Shown here: piece by piece, positions 1 to 9,920 of the stretch
Numbering within the stretch: position 1 is the stretch's first letter
Layout: every line of letters begins with the position of its first letter
Made by a program: the position numbers and the translations under genes
The notes under the pieces: generated by a model
Database searches by the model: none
What the model saw: the letters and a program-made list of their open reading frames with translations, nothing else
Told to the model about the DNA's origin: nothing
Source: Pasteurella multocida
GTDB taxonomy: Bacteria; Pseudomonadota; Gammaproteobacteria; Enterobacterales; Pasteurellaceae
NCBI RefSeq assembly: GCF_900187275.1
Contig: NZ_LT906458.1
Coordinates: 990,001-1,022,000, forward strand
Length of the DNA: 32,000 nt
Reading direction: 5' to 3'

Positions 1-221
1 TCGCTTGTTTTGTGTTTAACGGTATAGCCACCTCTGACATCGCCACATTGCTCGCTGAACAAAATATAGCCTTACGCGCAGGTGAACACTGCGCCCAACC
101 TTATTTAGCGCGCTTAGGACAGCACAGCACTTTGCGGCTTTCCTTTGCACCTTATAACCAACAAGCGGATGTTGATGCGTTTTTCTCTGCCCTTGACAAC
201 GCTTTAGCCTTATTAGATTAA
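1..221 (+). CDS. csdA: Cysteine desulfurase CsdA, C-terminal fragment (5' end outside window)
   Basis: Frame is open from base 3; GI(A)TSDIATLLAEQNIALRAGEHCAQP..LRLSFAPYN..DVDAFFSAL matches the CsdA C-terminus; followed directly by csdE. Confidence 0.85.
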   Translation, partial: ACFVFNGIATSDIATLLAEQNIALRAGEHCAQPYLARLGQHSTLRLSFAPYNQQADVDAFFSALDNALALLD

Positions 222-602
222 ATGATGAAAGAACAACTCCTTAACGCAAAAAGCTGGGAAGAACGTTACCGCCTGATTATCCAAGCCGGCAAACAGCTAC
301 CATTCCCCACAGAACAACAACTCGCCGAGATGCAACCGATTTCAGGTTGTGAGACGAAAGTCTGGTTTAAAATTACTGGAAAAAATGACCGCACTTTTGA
401 TTTTCAAGCTTACAGCGAAGCCCGTATTATTAATGGATTATTGTGGATTTTACTGCAAGAAATTCAGGGTAAAACAGTCAAACAACTCAAGCAGTTTGAT
501 TTAACTGCCTATTTCACTGAATTGGGCATTGCACAACGGTTAAGCAGCACAAGGTTAAATGGACTAAAACAGATTGAAAAATTGTTACATCAGCTAGAGT
601 AA
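222..602 (+). CDS. csdE: Sulfur acceptor protein CsdE (SufE family)
   Basis: 126 aa ORF with SufE/CsdE motif MQPISGCETKVWF; start abuts the csdA stop. Confidence 0.85.
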   Translation: MMKEQLLNAKSWEERYRLIIQAGKQLPFPTEQQLAEMQPISGCETKVWFKITGKNDRTFDFQAYSEARIINGLLWILLQEIQGKTVKQLKQFDLTAYFTELGIAQRLSSTRLNGLKQIEKLLHQLE

Positions 603-945
603 AAGTGTGGCTGAGATTAAAAAGGGCGGTGTATTTTAAAAAAAATTTCATCCCCCAAAAGTGACTTTCCCCCTTTCCCTTATTTTTCGCTGTAGCGGTT
701 GCGTTCACGTTTAAACCACACTTTCCTTGTTTGAGCATGGCTTGCTAAGCGAGTTTGGAAAGCGGGTGCCAAACGTTAGCAACAAGTGAAGGAAAAAAAA
801 TTACGGAGTGCTTTCTTTTGCCTACTTTTTCCTTTACACAAGCAAAGAAAAACTAACTCGCTGATCGGGCACCCAATATTGTTTAACCTGAAAAAAAGGC
901 TCTTTTCCCATCATAATTGATAACACGACCCTGTTTTAATCTCAT

Positions 946-971
946 AAAAAAGGCAAACATAACTGTTTGCC
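946..971 (-). terminator. Rho-independent terminator of hldE
   Basis: Minus strand GGCAAACA-GTTA-TGTTTGCC followed by TTTTTT. Confidence 0.8.
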
Positions 972-1011
972 CTTTCCCCAAATAGGTATGATGATGAAAT
1001 CAAATTCAATC

Positions 1012-2442
1012 TTAATCTTTTAACTGCTGAATCTTACTGATCACATTACTGGTTGAACAACCATTTTCAAAGTTTAATACTTTTACATCACCACCACTCG
1101 CCCAAACTTCTTGGCTACCGGCGATGTCTTCTGGTTTGTAATCACCACCTTTCACCAATAAATCAGGTAATACTTCAGCAATTAAACGTTGTGGAGTGTC
1201 TTCATGGAACGCCACTAACCAATCGACTGAAGATAAGCCTGCCAATACTGCCATACGAGATTGAAGGTCATTAATTGGGCGGGTTTCACCTTTTAGGCGT
1301 TTGACTGAGTCATCGCTGTTCACTGCGACAATTAAGCGATCGCCCAATTTACGTGCGTTTTCGAGGTAAGACACATGTCCCGGGTGAAGAATGTCAAAAC
1401 AGCCATTAGTCATCACAATTTTCTCACCACGCGCCTTCGCTTGTGCCACTACGCGTTTCAGTTCGGCTTCGCTCATAATACCAAATCCAGTATTAGAACG
1501 ACCGTGAATTGCATTTTCTAATTCCACCGTAGAAACGGTTGAGGTCCCTAATTTACCCACGACAATCCCTGCTGCGACATTGGCTAAATAGCAGGCTTCT
1601 TCAAACGAACGACCATCCGCTAAGCCTGTGGCTAACACACTAATCACCGTATCTCCCGCCCCGGTCACATCAAATACTTCTTTCGCTTCGGTGGCTAAAT
1701 GAAATGCCGGTTGATTTGGACGCAATAACGTCATGCCTTTTTCAGAACGTGTCACTAAAAGCGCACTCAGGTCGATCTGCTCAATTAATTTCAACCCTTT
1801 TTCGATAATCTCTTCTTCAGAATCACACTTCCCAACCACCGCTTCAAATTCAGACATATTCGGTGTTAATAAGGTTGCCCCACGATAACGTTCAAAATCG
1901 GTTCCTTTCGGATCAATTAACACGGGAATATTGGCTTGGCGTGCAAGTTGAATCATTTTTTGCACTTGATTTAAGGTGCCTTTACCATAATCGGATAACA
2001 CTAATGCGCCATAATTTTGTAACGCACTGTCTAATTTTTGCAATAACGCATCGCTCGTCACATTTTGGAAGTCTTCTTCAAAATCTAAGCGTAATAATTG
2101 TTGATGGCGGGACAAAATACGTAATTTTGTAATGGTAGGATGAGTATGTAATTGTACAAAATCACATTCAATACGGCTTTTGGCTAATAAACTTTCTAAG
2201 GCAAGACCGGTTTCATCTCGTCCCGTTAAGCCCAATAATTTTACTGGCACATTTAACGCAGCGATATTCATCGCAACGTTGGCTGCCCCACCTGCACGTT
2301 CTTCGTTATCTTGTACACGTACCACAGGAACTGGTGCTTCTGGTGAAATGCGATTTGTCGCCCCAAACCAATAACGATCAAGCATTACATCGCCCAATAC
2401 CAACACTTTTGCTTGTTTAAATTCTGCGGAATATTGAAACAT
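1012..2442 (-). CDS. hldE: Bifunctional heptose-7-phosphate kinase / heptose-1-phosphate adenylyltransferase
   Basis: 476 aa; N-terminal PfkB-type kinase ([10 protein letters not shown]) and C-terminal nucleotidyltransferase ([17 protein letters not shown]). Confidence 0.95.
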   Translation of the reverse strand: MFQYSAEFKQAKVLVLGDVMLDRYWFGATNRISPEAPVPVVRVQDNEERAGGAANVAMNIAALNVPVKLLGLTGRDETGLALESLLAKSRIECDFVQLHTHPTITKLRILSRHQQLLRLDFEEDFQNVTSDALLQKLDSALQNYGALVLSDYGKGTLNQVQKMIQLARQANIPVLIDPKGTDFERYRGATLLTPNMSEFEAVVGKCDSEEEIIEKGLKLIEQIDLSALLVTRSEKGMTLLRPNQPAFHLATEAKEVFDVTGAGDTVISVLATGLADGRSFEEACYLANVAAGIVVGKLGTSTVSTVELENAIHGRSNTGFGIMSEAELKRVVAQAKARGEKIVMTNGCFDILHPGHVSYLENARKLGDRLIVAVNSDDSVKRLKGETRPINDLQSRMAVLAGLSSVDWLVAFHEDTPQRLIAEVLPDLLVKGGDYKPEDIAGSQEVWASGGDVKVLNFENGCSTSNVISKIQQLKD

Positions 2443-2665
2443 TTTCGTTCTCTCTTAATAAAAAATTACTTAATTTTAGCACAGGAAAACACCAATTTCC
2501 CCTTAAAATCCAATAAATTGCACGACTTTTTATTACATGACTTTCCTAATTATTACATAACTAGTAATATTCACGCCCTATTTATGCGATAATTCGTAAT
2601 ATGATTACAAGTTGAGTTATGTTTTCTCATTCTCAATTTATTACTGAAGATACTCAAGCAATTTT

Positions 2666-3607
2666 ATGGCGAACGATAAACTCCCAACATTTCAAAAAAG
2701 ATTTCTAAAACCAAAACACTGGGGATTTTGGTTAGGCGTTGCTTTATGGCGTCTGATCGTATGTTTACCCTACCCGATTTTACACAAACTCGGGAACGGA
2801 CTAGGCTGGTTACTCGCAAAATCAACAGTAGGTCAACGTCGCGCCAACATTGCACGTCGCAATTTACAGCTTTGTTTTCCCCACTATTCTGCGGATCAAA
2901 TTGAAACCTTATTACATGCGAATTTAAAAGCCACCGGCATGGCGATTATTGAAACGGGTATGGCTTGGTTTTGGTCTGATGCAAGAATAAAAAAATGGTC
3001 AAAAATCGAAGGACTTGAATACTTAAAAGAATATAAACAAGATGGTGTGATTCTTGTTGGGGTACATTTCCTAACCTTAGAATTGGGCGCCCGTATTGTT
3101 GGCTTGCATCAACCGGGCATAGGGGTTTACCGCCCGAATGACAATCCTTTAATGGACTGGTTACAAGTGCAAGGTCGCTTACGTTCTAATAAAGATCTGC
3201 TCGATCGTAAAGATTTACGTGGCATGATTCGTGCGTTACGCCAAGGTGAAATTATTTGGTATGCGCCTGATCATGATTATGGACGTAAAAATGCGGTCTT
3301 TGTACCCTTTTTTGCTGTCCCTGATGCAGCGACTACAACGGGGAGCTATTATTTATTAAAATCCTCACCAACAAGTAAGGTGATCCCTTTTGCTCCATTA
3401 CGCAATAGCGATGGGTCGGGTTATACCGTCAAAATCTCCCCCCCAGTGGATTTTTCCGATATTACAGATGAAACTCGTATTGCCACGCGCATGAACCAAG
3501 TCGTAGAAACGGAAATTATGAAAGGAGTGGAACAATATATGTGGCTACACCGCCGTTTTAAAACACGACCTGATGAAAATCAGCCAAGTTTATATGATGA
3601 GGAATAA
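2666..3607 (+). CDS. lpxL: Lipid A late acyltransferase (LpxL/HtrB family)
   Basis: 313 aa; HFLTLELGARI (HX4D/E-type active site) and lysophospholipid acyltransferase family pattern; divergent from hldE as in H. influenzae rfaE/htrB. Confidence 0.85.
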   Translation: MANDKLPTFQKRFLKPKHWGFWLGVALWRLIVCLPYPILHKLGNGLGWLLAKSTVGQRRANIARRNLQLCFPHYSADQIETLLHANLKATGMAIIETGMAWFWSDARIKKWSKIEGLEYLKEYKQDGVILVGVHFLTLELGARIVGLHQPGIGVYRPNDNPLMDWLQVQGRLRSNKDLLDRKDLRGMIRALRQGEIIWYAPDHDYGRKNAVFVPFFAVPDAATTTGSYYLLKSSPTSKVIPFAPLRNSDGSGYTVKISPPVDFSDITDETRIATRMNQVVETEIMKGVEQYMWLHRRFKTRPDENQPSLYDEE

Positions 3608-3632
3608 GACCCCATCGTTCTTATGCGACAAA

Positions 3633-3641
3633 AAGTGCGGT
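3633..3641 (+). repeat. DNA uptake signal sequence (Hin-type)
   Basis: Exact AAGTGCGGT. Confidence 0.9.
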
Positions 3642-3662
3642 GAGTTTTGGACAAAAATTAGA

Positions 3663-3687
3663 AGCAGCGTCGTAACGCTGCTTTTTT
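3663..3687 (+). terminator. Terminator of lpxL
   Basis: AGCAGCG-TCGTAA-CGCTGCT followed by TTTT. Confidence 0.8.
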
Positions 3688-3705
3688 AGCATGACAAGAA
3701 AATGC

Positions 3706-4281
3706 TTATACGGCTTGCTCGCTCGCTTCTTCTAATTCGTCCGCCATCGCTGCCAACATCTCTTTCGACAGAAGTGCTAAGGCACGATAAAAAGGCAAGC
3801 TTGCCTTACTTTCCACTTGAGTAAGAAATTGGCTGGCACAAGGCAATAAGAATTGTTCAAACAACTGATGTTGTGCCGCCACAGAATCAAGGTTATCTTC
3901 AATCCACGAGGCAGTTAGTAAAAGTAATGCAAAATGATCCGCACTTTCTAACGCTGGCATACCACGTTGTTGTCTAAAGTTTACAAATTCTTCAACGGAA
4001 ACCGCATAATCGCTGATTTTAGTACTAACTTGTGGCGTGTCTCCCGTAAATAACTTGTCATATTCTTTACTTAATGCGTTTAAATCTAACGGCATTTGCA
4101 CACTATTAATCGCTTGTTGGCTTTGATTGTCCAGTTCAAGTGCCCAGATTTCGCTAAGTCCTTGCTGCTGTAACCAAGCAAACACATTAGCTAAAATCGG
4201 ATCATTTGGTGCACGATAAAACAAATTGCCAAACAAGCGACTTAGCATAGAAAAAGCGTTAAGTTGGTTTTCAGTTGTCAT
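3706..4281 (-). CDS. TorD-family molecular chaperone (YcdY-like)
   Basis: 191 aa; SEYDKLFTG..., FRQQRGMPALESADHFALLLLTASWIEDN pattern of YcdY/TorD family. Confidence 0.75.
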   Translation of the reverse strand: MTTENQLNAFSMLSRLFGNLFYRAPNDPILANVFAWLQQQGLSEIWALELDNQSQQAINSVQMPLDLNALSKEYDKLFTGDTPQVSTKISDYAVSVEEFVNFRQQRGMPALESADHFALLLLTASWIEDNLDSVAAQHQLFEQFLLPCASQFLTQVESKASLPFYRALALLSKEMLAAMADELEEASEQAV

Positions 4282-4885
4282 GCTTTCTCTCTAAAAGTGC
4301 GGTTAAATTTTCTTGCGTTTTCTCACTGACCCTTTGCAACATAGCGTGACGCGCGTGATCATCAATCAAATGAATATCACCAAACAGCTCATGCTGAATA
4401 TCAGTGATGCCACAATAATTGAATAATCCGTCCACTAAACAATCTTTCAGCGATTGTGCAAACCCCATATTTTGATAAATCTCTACGTTATTGCCAATCG
4501 TGATAAAGTGTTGCATTTTTTTACCACCTAATAAGCCTACAGATTGTTCATTTTCAGTTTTATAAGCAAAACCATAGCTTAATACACGATCCAAATACCC
4601 TTTCAGGATCGCAGGAAAGCCCATCCACCATAATGGATAAACCAAGGTGATTAAATTCGCTTGTTCAATGAGTTGATGCTCAAACTTGACTTCAGCAGGA
4701 ATGATCTCTTGGTAAACCGCTTGCATTTCCTCCCAAGATAAAATGGGATTGAAATTGAGCGTGTACAAATCTCGTACCACGGTGTGCACGTCTAACTGTT
4801 GGCTAGCCTGCAAAGTAGCTTCCAAAATCGCCCGATTAAAACTCGTTTGGCTATTTGGATGGGCAAAAATAATCAGATGATGCAT
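4271..4885 (-). CDS. NAD(P)H oxidoreductase, flavodoxin-like fold (MdaB/KefF/YheR type)
   Basis: 204 aa; FAHPNSQTSFNRAI and LVYPLWWMGFPAILKGYLDRVLSYGFAY motifs. Confidence 0.8.
   Translation of the reverse strand: MHHLIIFAHPNSQTSFNRAILEATLQASQQLDVHTVVRDLYTLNFNPILSWEEMQAVYQEIIPAEVKFEHQLIEQANLITLVYPLWWMGFPAILKGYLDRVLSYGFAYKTENEQSVGLLGGKKMQHFITIGNNVEIYQNMGFAQSLKDCLVDGLFNYCGITDIQHELFGDIHLIDDHARHAMLQRVSEKTQENLTALLERKHDN
4295..4303 (+). repeat. DNA uptake signal sequence (inside the oxidoreductase CDS)
   Basis: Exact AAGTGCGGT. Confidence 0.9.
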
Positions 4886-4890
4886 AATCT

Positions 4891-5340
4891 TTAATTCACT
4901 TTTTTCACTTTTAACGTAATACCATCCACTTGGTGCACTTCAACTAAATCACCGACCTGTAAATCCGTGCCTTGAATGCGCCACGTCGTATCGCCAAAAT
5001 GCCCACGTCCAATGCCATTAGCCGCGATTTCTTGCACAGTACCTCTTGTGCCTAGCATCGCGTGATCACGTTGATTTAATGACGAATGTAACTGATCACT
5101 TTTGTCTTGACCATGCTGATATTTCCACCATGACACACTCAAAATAATCGCTAAAATCGCATAGCTAATAGCTAAAACGGTTAACGATAAGCTTGGTATC
5201 AGTGCCATCACACCAGCAATCACAATGGCGGCTAATCCCCACCAAAGTAAAAACACCCCTGGGATCACTAATTCAGCAATTAATAAAACAAAACCTAAAA
5301 TAAGCCAATGCCAAAGGCTCCAAGTGGAAAACCATTCCAT
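4891..5340 (-). CDS. NfeD-family membrane protein
   Basis: 149 aa; N-terminal hydrophobic helices and C-terminal OB-like domain (MLGTRGTVQE...GHFGDTTWRIQG.DLQVGDLVEV); downstream of an SPFH gene. Confidence 0.8.
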   Translation of the reverse strand: MEWFSTWSLWHWLILGFVLLIAELVIPGVFLLWWGLAAIVIAGVMALIPSLSLTVLAISYAILAIILSVSWWKYQHGQDKSDQLHSSLNQRDHAMLGTRGTVQEIAANGIGRGHFGDTTWRIQGTDLQVGDLVEVHQVDGITLKVKKVN

Positions 5341-5360
5341 ATTTACCTCACCGACAGTGA

Positions 5361-6284
5361 TTAAGCTTTTTTATCGCCTTTTAATAACTCAGCTACACCC
5401 GCAATAGACCCGATTAAATTGCCCGCTTCGAGTGGCATTAACACCACTTTACTGTTTTCTGAACCACCAATTTCTTTTAAAGCTTCAGTATATTTTTGTG
5501 CAATAAAGTAGTTAATTGCTTTCGTGTCCCCACTCGCAATCGCCTCAGACACCATTTGTGTCGCACGGGCTTCTGCTTCAGCAGCACGTTCACGAGCTTC
5601 AGCTTGTAAGAAGGCTTCTTGACGTTCCCCTTCTGCTTTTAAGATACGAGCTTGTTTATCCCCTTCAGCACGTAAAATTTCCGCTTGACGTACCCCTTCT
5701 GCTTCCAAAATATCCGCACGTTTGTTACGTTCTGCTTTCATTTGTGCGTTCATCGCCGCGATCAATTCTTGTGGTGGACGCACATCACGAATTTCAATAC
5801 GGGTCACTTTAATACCCCAAGGATTAGTGGCTTCATCAACAATGGATAACAAGCGGCTATTAATGGAATCACGTTGTGATAACATTTCATCTAACTCCAT
5901 TGACCCTAACACAGTACGAATATTGGTCATGGTTAAATTAATAATCGCTTGTTCTAAATGATTCACTTCATAAGCCGCGTTACGTGCATCAATCACTTGC
6001 ACAAAACAAACCGCATCAATCGACACATTCGCGTTATCTTTCGAAATGACTTCTTGAGAAGGAATATCCAGCACTTGTTCCATCATATTGATACGGCGAC
6101 CAACGCGGTCAATAAAAGGCACCACAAAATTCAAACCTGGTGTCAATGTGAGAGTGTAGCGACCAAAACGTTCAATCGTCCAGTGATACCCCTGTGGAAC
6201 GGTTTTTAAAGTGGAATACAAAACAAAAATTACCAATACAATAAAGAAAATCGTCGCGATTGGTAAACCATTAATAAAGTCCAT
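5361..6284 (-). CDS. qmcA: SPFH/band-7 (stomatin-like) membrane protein, QmcA family
   Basis: 307 aa; [33 protein letters not shown] and typical coiled-coil [12 protein letters not shown] region. Confidence 0.8.
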   Translation of the reverse strand: MDFINGLPIATIFFIVLVIFVLYSTLKTVPQGYHWTIERFGRYTLTLTPGLNFVVPFIDRVGRRINMMEQVLDIPSQEVISKDNANVSIDAVCFVQVIDARNAAYEVNHLEQAIINLTMTNIRTVLGSMELDEMLSQRDSINSRLLSIVDEATNPWGIKVTRIEIRDVRPPQELIAAMNAQMKAERNKRADILEAEGVRQAEILRAEGDKQARILKAEGERQEAFLQAEARERAAEAEARATQMVSEAIASGDTKAINYFIAQKYTEALKEIGGSENSKVVLMPLEAGNLIGSIAGVAELLKGDKKA

Positions 6285-6328
6285 TGCTGTTCTCCTTAGT
6301 AAGTCAATATCACAAAAAGTCTAACAAA

Positions 6329-7780
6329 TCAGAGCGTACTTTGTATATAAGAATATTGATTATTATCTGCTATAAATTCAAAACGATGTGTCATGCAATT
6401 TGGCGCGTCCTGATCTTGATGGGAAACAAATATCAGCTGGGTTTGGCTGTTTACTACCAGTTGTTCAATAAACTGTTTTACCAGCTTACGATTCACCCCA
6501 TCCAATCCCTGAAAAGGTTCATCTAAAATCAATATTGGTGGATGTTTCACCATGGCTCTAGCTATCAACAAAAGTCGTTGTTGTCCCCAAGACAAGGAAC
6601 GAAACGGGGCTTTCGCCAGTGTTGCAAGATGTAAACGTGTCAACCATTGCATAGCCTTCAAACGCAGTGCCTCTGATACCTGTTGATACACGCCAATACT
6701 ATCAAAAAAGCCCGAGAGAATAACATCTAATGCGCTACAATTCACTCGGTAATCCATATGCAACTGACTACTCACATAGCCTATTTTTTGTTTAATATCC
6801 CAAATGGTTTCACCGCTACCACGTTGTTGACCAAATAATACTACATGATTCGCATAAGATTGCGGATGATCACCCGTCAGCACAGACAATAGCGTCGATT
6901 TTCCTGCACCATTTGGTCCTTTAATCCACCAATGTTGTTTTGGTTCAACTGTCCAAGTTAATGCACTGAGAATCTTTTTATCACCATATTGAATATTGAC
7001 GTTTTTTAACTCAAAAGGATTGATCTCTGTCGGCAAATGTATTGGCGTACCAAAAGGTGTCGGCAAAGGTTCATTCCGCGCATTTTCGGCATAATACAAC
7101 TGTTGAAATAAACTTTGCTGCTCAATGTATTGGCGTTCGCCTTGCAAAACTAACTCTCGATTATCCAAAATCGCAATATGAGTCGCCTGTGTCGGAATAT
7201 CAGAGAAACGATTGATGATCAGCATTAATGTCATTTTCTCTTTTAATCTCTCCAATAAATGCCGCCAGTCTTGCACTGACTGCTGGTCTAATCCTTCAAA
7301 GGGTTCATCTAAGATCAAGAGATCAGGTTGACTCACTAACGCTTGGCATAACAAGACTTTACGGCTTTCCCCTGTAGACAGGTGAATAAAAGGGCGATCT
7401 AATAAAGACGTAATCTGTAAGATTTCCGCATATTTCTCACAAGCCGCTGTCGCTGAAGTGCCATTTAATATGGTTTCTTGTGCACTTTTACCAAAATCAT
7501 CGGGGCTTATTCCATCATGATTGCGATCCTTAAAAGTAGCTTCAATAATATGTTGTTGTTTTTCAAAGGACAATAATGCTACCTGCCGGAATGAATGGCA
7601 ATATTCACCATGCTCTAGTGCTAATTGCTGCTGCAGTGCAAGCGCAAAAGCAGTTTTTCCACTACCATTACTCCCCACGACAGCCCAAAATTGCCCCGCG
7701 GATAAACAAAATTGAGGAATATACAAATATTGATGTTGATGTAATTTAAATTTTGCTTCTTTAAGCTGTAAACTGCACAT
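6329..7780 (-). CDS. modF: Double-ABC ATPase ModF (molybdate-associated ABC ATP-binding protein)
   Basis: 483 aa with two Walker A motifs (GSNGSGKT, GPNGAGKST) and high similarity to E. coli ModF (e.g. LLSVLTGDHPQ.Y.N...FG..RGSGETIWDIK..IGYVSS). Confidence 0.9.
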   Translation of the reverse strand: MCSLQLKEAKFKLHQHQYLYIPQFCLSAGQFWAVVGSNGSGKTAFALALQQQLALEHGEYCHSFRQVALLSFEKQQHIIEATFKDRNHDGISPDDFGKSAQETILNGTSATAACEKYAEILQITSLLDRPFIHLSTGESRKVLLCQALVSQPDLLILDEPFEGLDQQSVQDWRHLLERLKEKMTLMLIINRFSDIPTQATHIAILDNRELVLQGERQYIEQQSLFQQLYYAENARNEPLPTPFGTPIHLPTEINPFELKNVNIQYGDKKILSALTWTVEPKQHWWIKGPNGAGKSTLLSVLTGDHPQSYANHVVLFGQQRGSGETIWDIKQKIGYVSSQLHMDYRVNCSALDVILSGFFDSIGVYQQVSEALRLKAMQWLTRLHLATLAKAPFRSLSWGQQRLLLIARAMVKHPPILILDEPFQGLDGVNRKLVKQFIEQLVVNSQTQLIFVSHQDQDAPNCMTHRFEFIADNNQYSYIQSTL

Positions 7781-7794
7781 CCATCCTCCGATAA

Positions 7795-7818
7795 AAAAAG
7801 CGGATAAATATCCGCTTT
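7795..7818 (-). terminator. Terminator of sstT
   Basis: Minus strand AAAGCGGAT-ATTT-ATCCGCTTTTTTT. Confidence 0.8.
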
Positions 7819-7840
7819 CTATTCACTAAATAACCGTTCG

Positions 7841-9082
7841 TTAAACTTGTTTATTTTCTTCTGCAATACAGGCTGCTGCAGTAAATAGCACATCCGTTGA
7901 AGAGTTTAATGCAGTTTCAGTAGAGTCTTGTAAAATACCGATAATGAACCCCACCCCGATCATTTGTGCAGCGACATCATCAGAAACCCCAAATAAGCTA
8001 CAAGCTAACGGAATCAATAATAAAGATCCCCCCGCAACACCAGAGGCACCGCAAGCACAAATACTGGCAACGACACTCAATAACAAGGCACTAAAGAAAG
8101 AAATCTGAATATCTAAAGTATGTACCGCGGCTAACGTAAGAATCGTTACAGTAATCGCAGCACCTGCCATATTAATAGTCGCGCCTAATGGAATGGAAAC
8201 CGAATAGGTTTCTTCATCTAAATTCAAGCGTTTAGCAAGATTGATGTTAACTGGAATGTTAGCTGCTGAGCTACGAGTGAAAAATGCCGTTAAACCACTT
8301 TCACGTACGCAGGTCCACACTAATGGATAAGGATTACGGCGAATTTTCCAGTAAACCAAAATTGGGTTCACTACAAAAGCAACAAATAGCATCGTACCAA
8401 CTAATACGGCTAATAAATGAATATAACCACCGAGCGCCACTAATCCTTTATCTGCCAAGGTTTCACTGACTAAACCGAACACACCGATTGGGGCAAAGGC
8501 AATAATCACATACACAATTTTCGATACAGCTTCTGCTAGATCTGACACCATCGTTTTTGTACTTTCTGATGCATGACGTAGGGCTAATCCCAAACCAATT
8601 GACCAAGCGAGCACGCCAACGAAATTCGCTTTAAAGAGCGCATTTAATGGATTATCAACCACATTGAAGACTAAAGTTAATAGTACCTGACCAACACCTT
8701 GTGGTGCAGACGTCATATCTTCTTTTGTGGCTAATGCCACTTCACTTGGGAATAAGAAGCCCGCAATAACAGCTGAAAGTGCGGCTAAAAATGTCCCCAA
8801 AAGATACAATACAATAATGGATTTCATATTGCTTTTCGCACCAATTTTTTTATTTGCAATTGCCGCCATGACAAGGACAAAAATTAAAATCGGTGCAACC
8901 GCACGTAATGAGCGAACAAAAATGGTGCCTAATACCCCAACTTTTTCCGCTAAATTAAAACCAAGCACGTTTTGTAATGTCGGCGTAACGAGCGCAACAA
9001 GCAAACCTAAGATAAGACCAATAAAAATACGTTTCACCAAATTACCTTGGAAAAACAAACTAAATAAACGAGATGTATTCAT
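7841..9082 (-). CDS. sstT: Serine/threonine:Na+ symporter SstT
   Basis: 413 aa DAACS-family transporter; [18 protein letters not shown] and [19 protein letters not shown] motifs. Confidence 0.92.
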   Translation of the reverse strand: MNTSRLFSLFFQGNLVKRIFIGLILGLLVALVTPTLQNVLGFNLAEKVGVLGTIFVRSLRAVAPILIFVLVMAAIANKKIGAKSNMKSIIVLYLLGTFLAALSAVIAGFLFPSEVALATKEDMTSAPQGVGQVLLTLVFNVVDNPLNALFKANFVGVLAWSIGLGLALRHASESTKTMVSDLAEAVSKIVYVIIAFAPIGVFGLVSETLADKGLVALGGYIHLLAVLVGTMLFVAFVVNPILVYWKIRRNPYPLVWTCVRESGLTAFFTRSSAANIPVNINLAKRLNLDEETYSVSIPLGATINMAGAAITVTILTLAAVHTLDIQISFFSALLLSVVASICACGASGVAGGSLLLIPLACSLFGVSDDVAAQMIGVGFIIGILQDSTETALNSSTDVLFTAAACIAEENKQV

Positions 9083-9382
9083 AATTAAATCACGTAATCT
9101 TGTGCGAATGCACTTATTGTAAAAAATTTAGACCAAATGTTTGATCCCCCTAACGGTGCTAAAGATAGCTTACTTTTTCATTAAAGAAAATATCATTTTT
9201 ATATTTCCAGTATATTGACAAATATTCATTAAAAATAATTGCCATATTATTAGAAAATATCTTATTTACCCCGACTTTATTTGAATAAAAATCAATCAAA
9301 AGCAATCGATTGCACAAAACAAATCGATCACTTTACAAACAGAAAAAGTCTAATTTTTTTTCACTAACCATGAGATCCCCTC

Positions 9383-9412
9383 TTGACAAGCTGTATATAA
9401 CAACAGTATATT
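9383..9412 (+). promoter_or_regulatory. Promoter of umuD-like gene with embedded LexA (SOS) box
   Basis: -35 TTGACA (9383-9388), SOS box CTG-TATATAACAA-CAG (9391-9406), -10 TATATT (9407-9412), 18-nt spacer. Confidence 0.85.
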
Positions 9413-9452
9413 TCACCTGTATAAATAACCAGTTAAAATAAAGAGGGATAAG

Positions 9453-9902
9453 ATGAATGGCATAAACAACACTGTGGCTCAACATGATTATTTATTATCT
9501 TACCGTCCTATGCCACTTTACGAGGACATCCAACAATCTCACTTAAATTTCAGTAAAAAGCTGGATCTCAATCTTTACTGTGTTAAACGCCCACAACAAA
9601 CCTGCTTTATTCGTGTAACCAATCCGAATATGCTTGCTTGGGGAATTGAAGTTGATGACATGCTAGTAGTAGAAAAAAACGAAAGCTTATCTGTGGGCGA
9701 TCTGATTGTTCTTGATATCAATGGGCAATTCCATATTTATGAATTTATGCTTCAGCAAAATAATGAATACGTTTTCTTTGCCTTAGATTCGACTCAGAGC
9801 AACATTAAAACCAATCACTGGCAGAGTTTACCAATTGTTGGCACTGTCACCAGTACTATTCATCAAATTAAACCAAAACGCAATATGGCGTTTGCGGCAT
9901 AA
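9453..9902 (+). CDS. UmuD-like (S24/LexA-fold) protein lacking the expected catalytic dyad
   Basis: 149 aa; DLNLYCVKRPQQTCFIRV....M..WGIEVDDMLVVEKNESLSVGDLIVLDINGQF aligns by eye with UmuD [37 protein letters not shown]...HGDIVIAAVDGEF. Confidence 0.75.
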   Translation: MNGINNTVAQHDYLLSYRPMPLYEDIQQSHLNFSKKLDLNLYCVKRPQQTCFIRVTNPNMLAWGIEVDDMLVVEKNESLSVGDLIVLDINGQFHIYEFMLQQNNEYVFFALDSTQSNIKTNHWQSLPIVGTVTSTIHQIKPKRNMAFAA

Positions 9903-9920
9903 GCATAACGTCTCATAAAT

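Noticed and set aside
514-738. Minus-strand ORF 514-738 across the csdE end and downstream gap
   Set aside because: Mostly antisense to csdE with no recognisable domain or SD; likely chance.
6329-7780. Possible fused toxin/defence ABC-F protein
   Set aside because: Full-length similarity by eye to E. coli ModF, with ordinary Walker and signature motifs in both halves, explains it.
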